This document shows, piece by piece, positions 63,205 to 64,000 of a stretch of DNA of 64,000 nucleotides; position 1 is the stretch's first letter; every line of letters starts with the position of its first letter. The notes beneath the pieces are model-generated. The model was not told the DNA's origin and did no database searches. It worked only from the letters and a program-made list of their open reading frames with translations. The position numbers and the translations under genes are program-made. This DNA comes from an uncultured archaeon (GTDB taxonomy: Archaea > Asgardarchaeota > Lokiarchaeia > Sigyniarchaeales > SOKP01), in the NCBI GenBank assembly GCA_964486045.1, contig CAZALK010000003.1, forward strand, positions 160,001 to 224,000, in the 5' to 3' direction.

Positions 63205-64000
63205 CTATCTATATTCCAATCGGCTAATAACCTTAGGATCTGCATTTGGTGCATTTCCTCTAAGAATGGGGAGGATCATTATTCCATCTTCAGGTGTGAT
63301 GACAAAGTTTTCATTATCAACCCTTCTTCCATTTACTAAGACACCAATCCTATCGTTTCCGTAAAGATTGGCTTCAGTTAACATTTCTTTAATCGTCATC
63401 TCTCTCTTAGGGTGATACTCCTCAAATTCTCCTGTCGATTTAATGCTTTCCCTGAGCTCTTGAGACCATTTAGGCATTCTCTCTGTGGACTTAACATTGT
63501 CTTGAGTATTTCTGAAATCATTTCGTATAATATTTGAGGGGGAGTCCTGAGAGACAGTCTTGAGTGGCTGAAACGTATTAAGTTTCTTGGCAATTTCATC
63601 ACGTGATTGGATGTCTGTAGAACTCTTTTGAGGGTTTATAGAAGTGAGAACATTTACTAAAGGCGGACTTTGTGAGTCTTCGAATCCGTTATTAACATCC
63701 ACTTTTTTAACATCTAAATCTGAGGGTCTCTTTAAATAAGCCTTCAATCCCTTCCATTTAAATCGGGAGTTTTTTCCACTAAGTTTCTCCATCATCTTTT
63801 TCTTAAAAGCATTCACCTTAGTGTTAAACTCGGTAAAGCTTTCAAGAGCAAGGTCGAGTGAACCTTTGCCAATAGTTGTGAGCCCTTTCAGTGTCATAAA
63901 GCTGAATTTACCCATTAAGATGGAAGGAATAACCATAAAGATTCCCTTTAAGAACCCAGATTTGAGTAGTTTTGTCCATGTGCTTTTTTGTTCCGCATCT
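63205..64000 (-). CDS. partial gene, open to the window edge, containing a MoaD/ThiS-like beta-grasp domain; probably continues by frameshift into 63000..63254
   Basis: no stop between 63936 and 64000; MTIKEML...VLVNGRRV...PEDGIMILPILRG. Confidence 0.55.
   Translation of the reverse strand, partial: DAEQKSTWTKLLKSGFLKGIFMVIPSILMGKFSFMTLKGLTTIGKGSLDLALESFTEFNTKVNAFKKKMMEKLSGKNSRFKWKGLKAYLKRPSDLDVKKVDVNNGFEDSQSPPLVNVLTSINPQKSSTDIQSRDEIAKKLNTFQPLKTVSQDSPSNIIRNDFRNTQDNVKSTERMPKWSQELRESIKSTGEFEEYHPKREMTIKEMLTEANLYGNDRIGVLVNGRRVDNENFVITPEDGIMILPILRGNAPNADPKVISRLEYR

Noticed and set aside
490-63602. Many short ORFs antisense to or nested in long genes (e.g. 2237..2437, 7601..7849, 16346..16714, 49049..49288)
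   Set aside because: Shadow frames of well-supported genes.
1-64000. CRISPR array, tRNA, rRNA, transposase or integrase
   Set aside because: No spaced direct repeats, cloverleaf, rRNA-like GC-rich tract or recombinase motifs were seen by eye.

Overview
AT-rich archaeal chromosomal window, most likely from an Asgard archaeon of the Lokiarchaeia. This is inferred from a Rab/Ras-like small GTPase, a gelsolin-like protein, uDENN/roadblock-like proteins, IPGF-TM-basic C-terminal anchors and an 'FWGHCSNLQAW' family protein. It holds a trehalose/maltose ABC transporter with treT, peptidases, an accessory stretch of nucleases and small Zn-finger ORFs, lipid/CoA genes, an interrupted hdrD-hdrA-mvhD-hdrA set, a PIN toxin-antitoxin pair and several pseudogenes. 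Main finding: two adjacent protein-coding genes that the ORF track shows as split are each interrupted by a tiny insertion folding into a canonical bulge-helix-bulge (BHB) splice motif. These are a thiolase (30 nt, 26175-26204) and a MoxR AAA+ ATPase (32 nt, 27694-27725). Cutting at the standard archaeal tRNA-splicing positions restores both frames and the conserved motifs exactly (CASGMDAFRN and DEIDKADIEFPNDLL), so they are candidate spliced mRNA introns in an Asgard archaeon. The thiolase also begins at ACG and has an inverted, diverged 19-codon copy of its own 5' end about 2.5 kb away. Two candidate structured ncRNAs lie in the accessory region. No rRNA, tRNA or CRISPR array was seen. All product calls come from motif recognition by eye; no database search was run.
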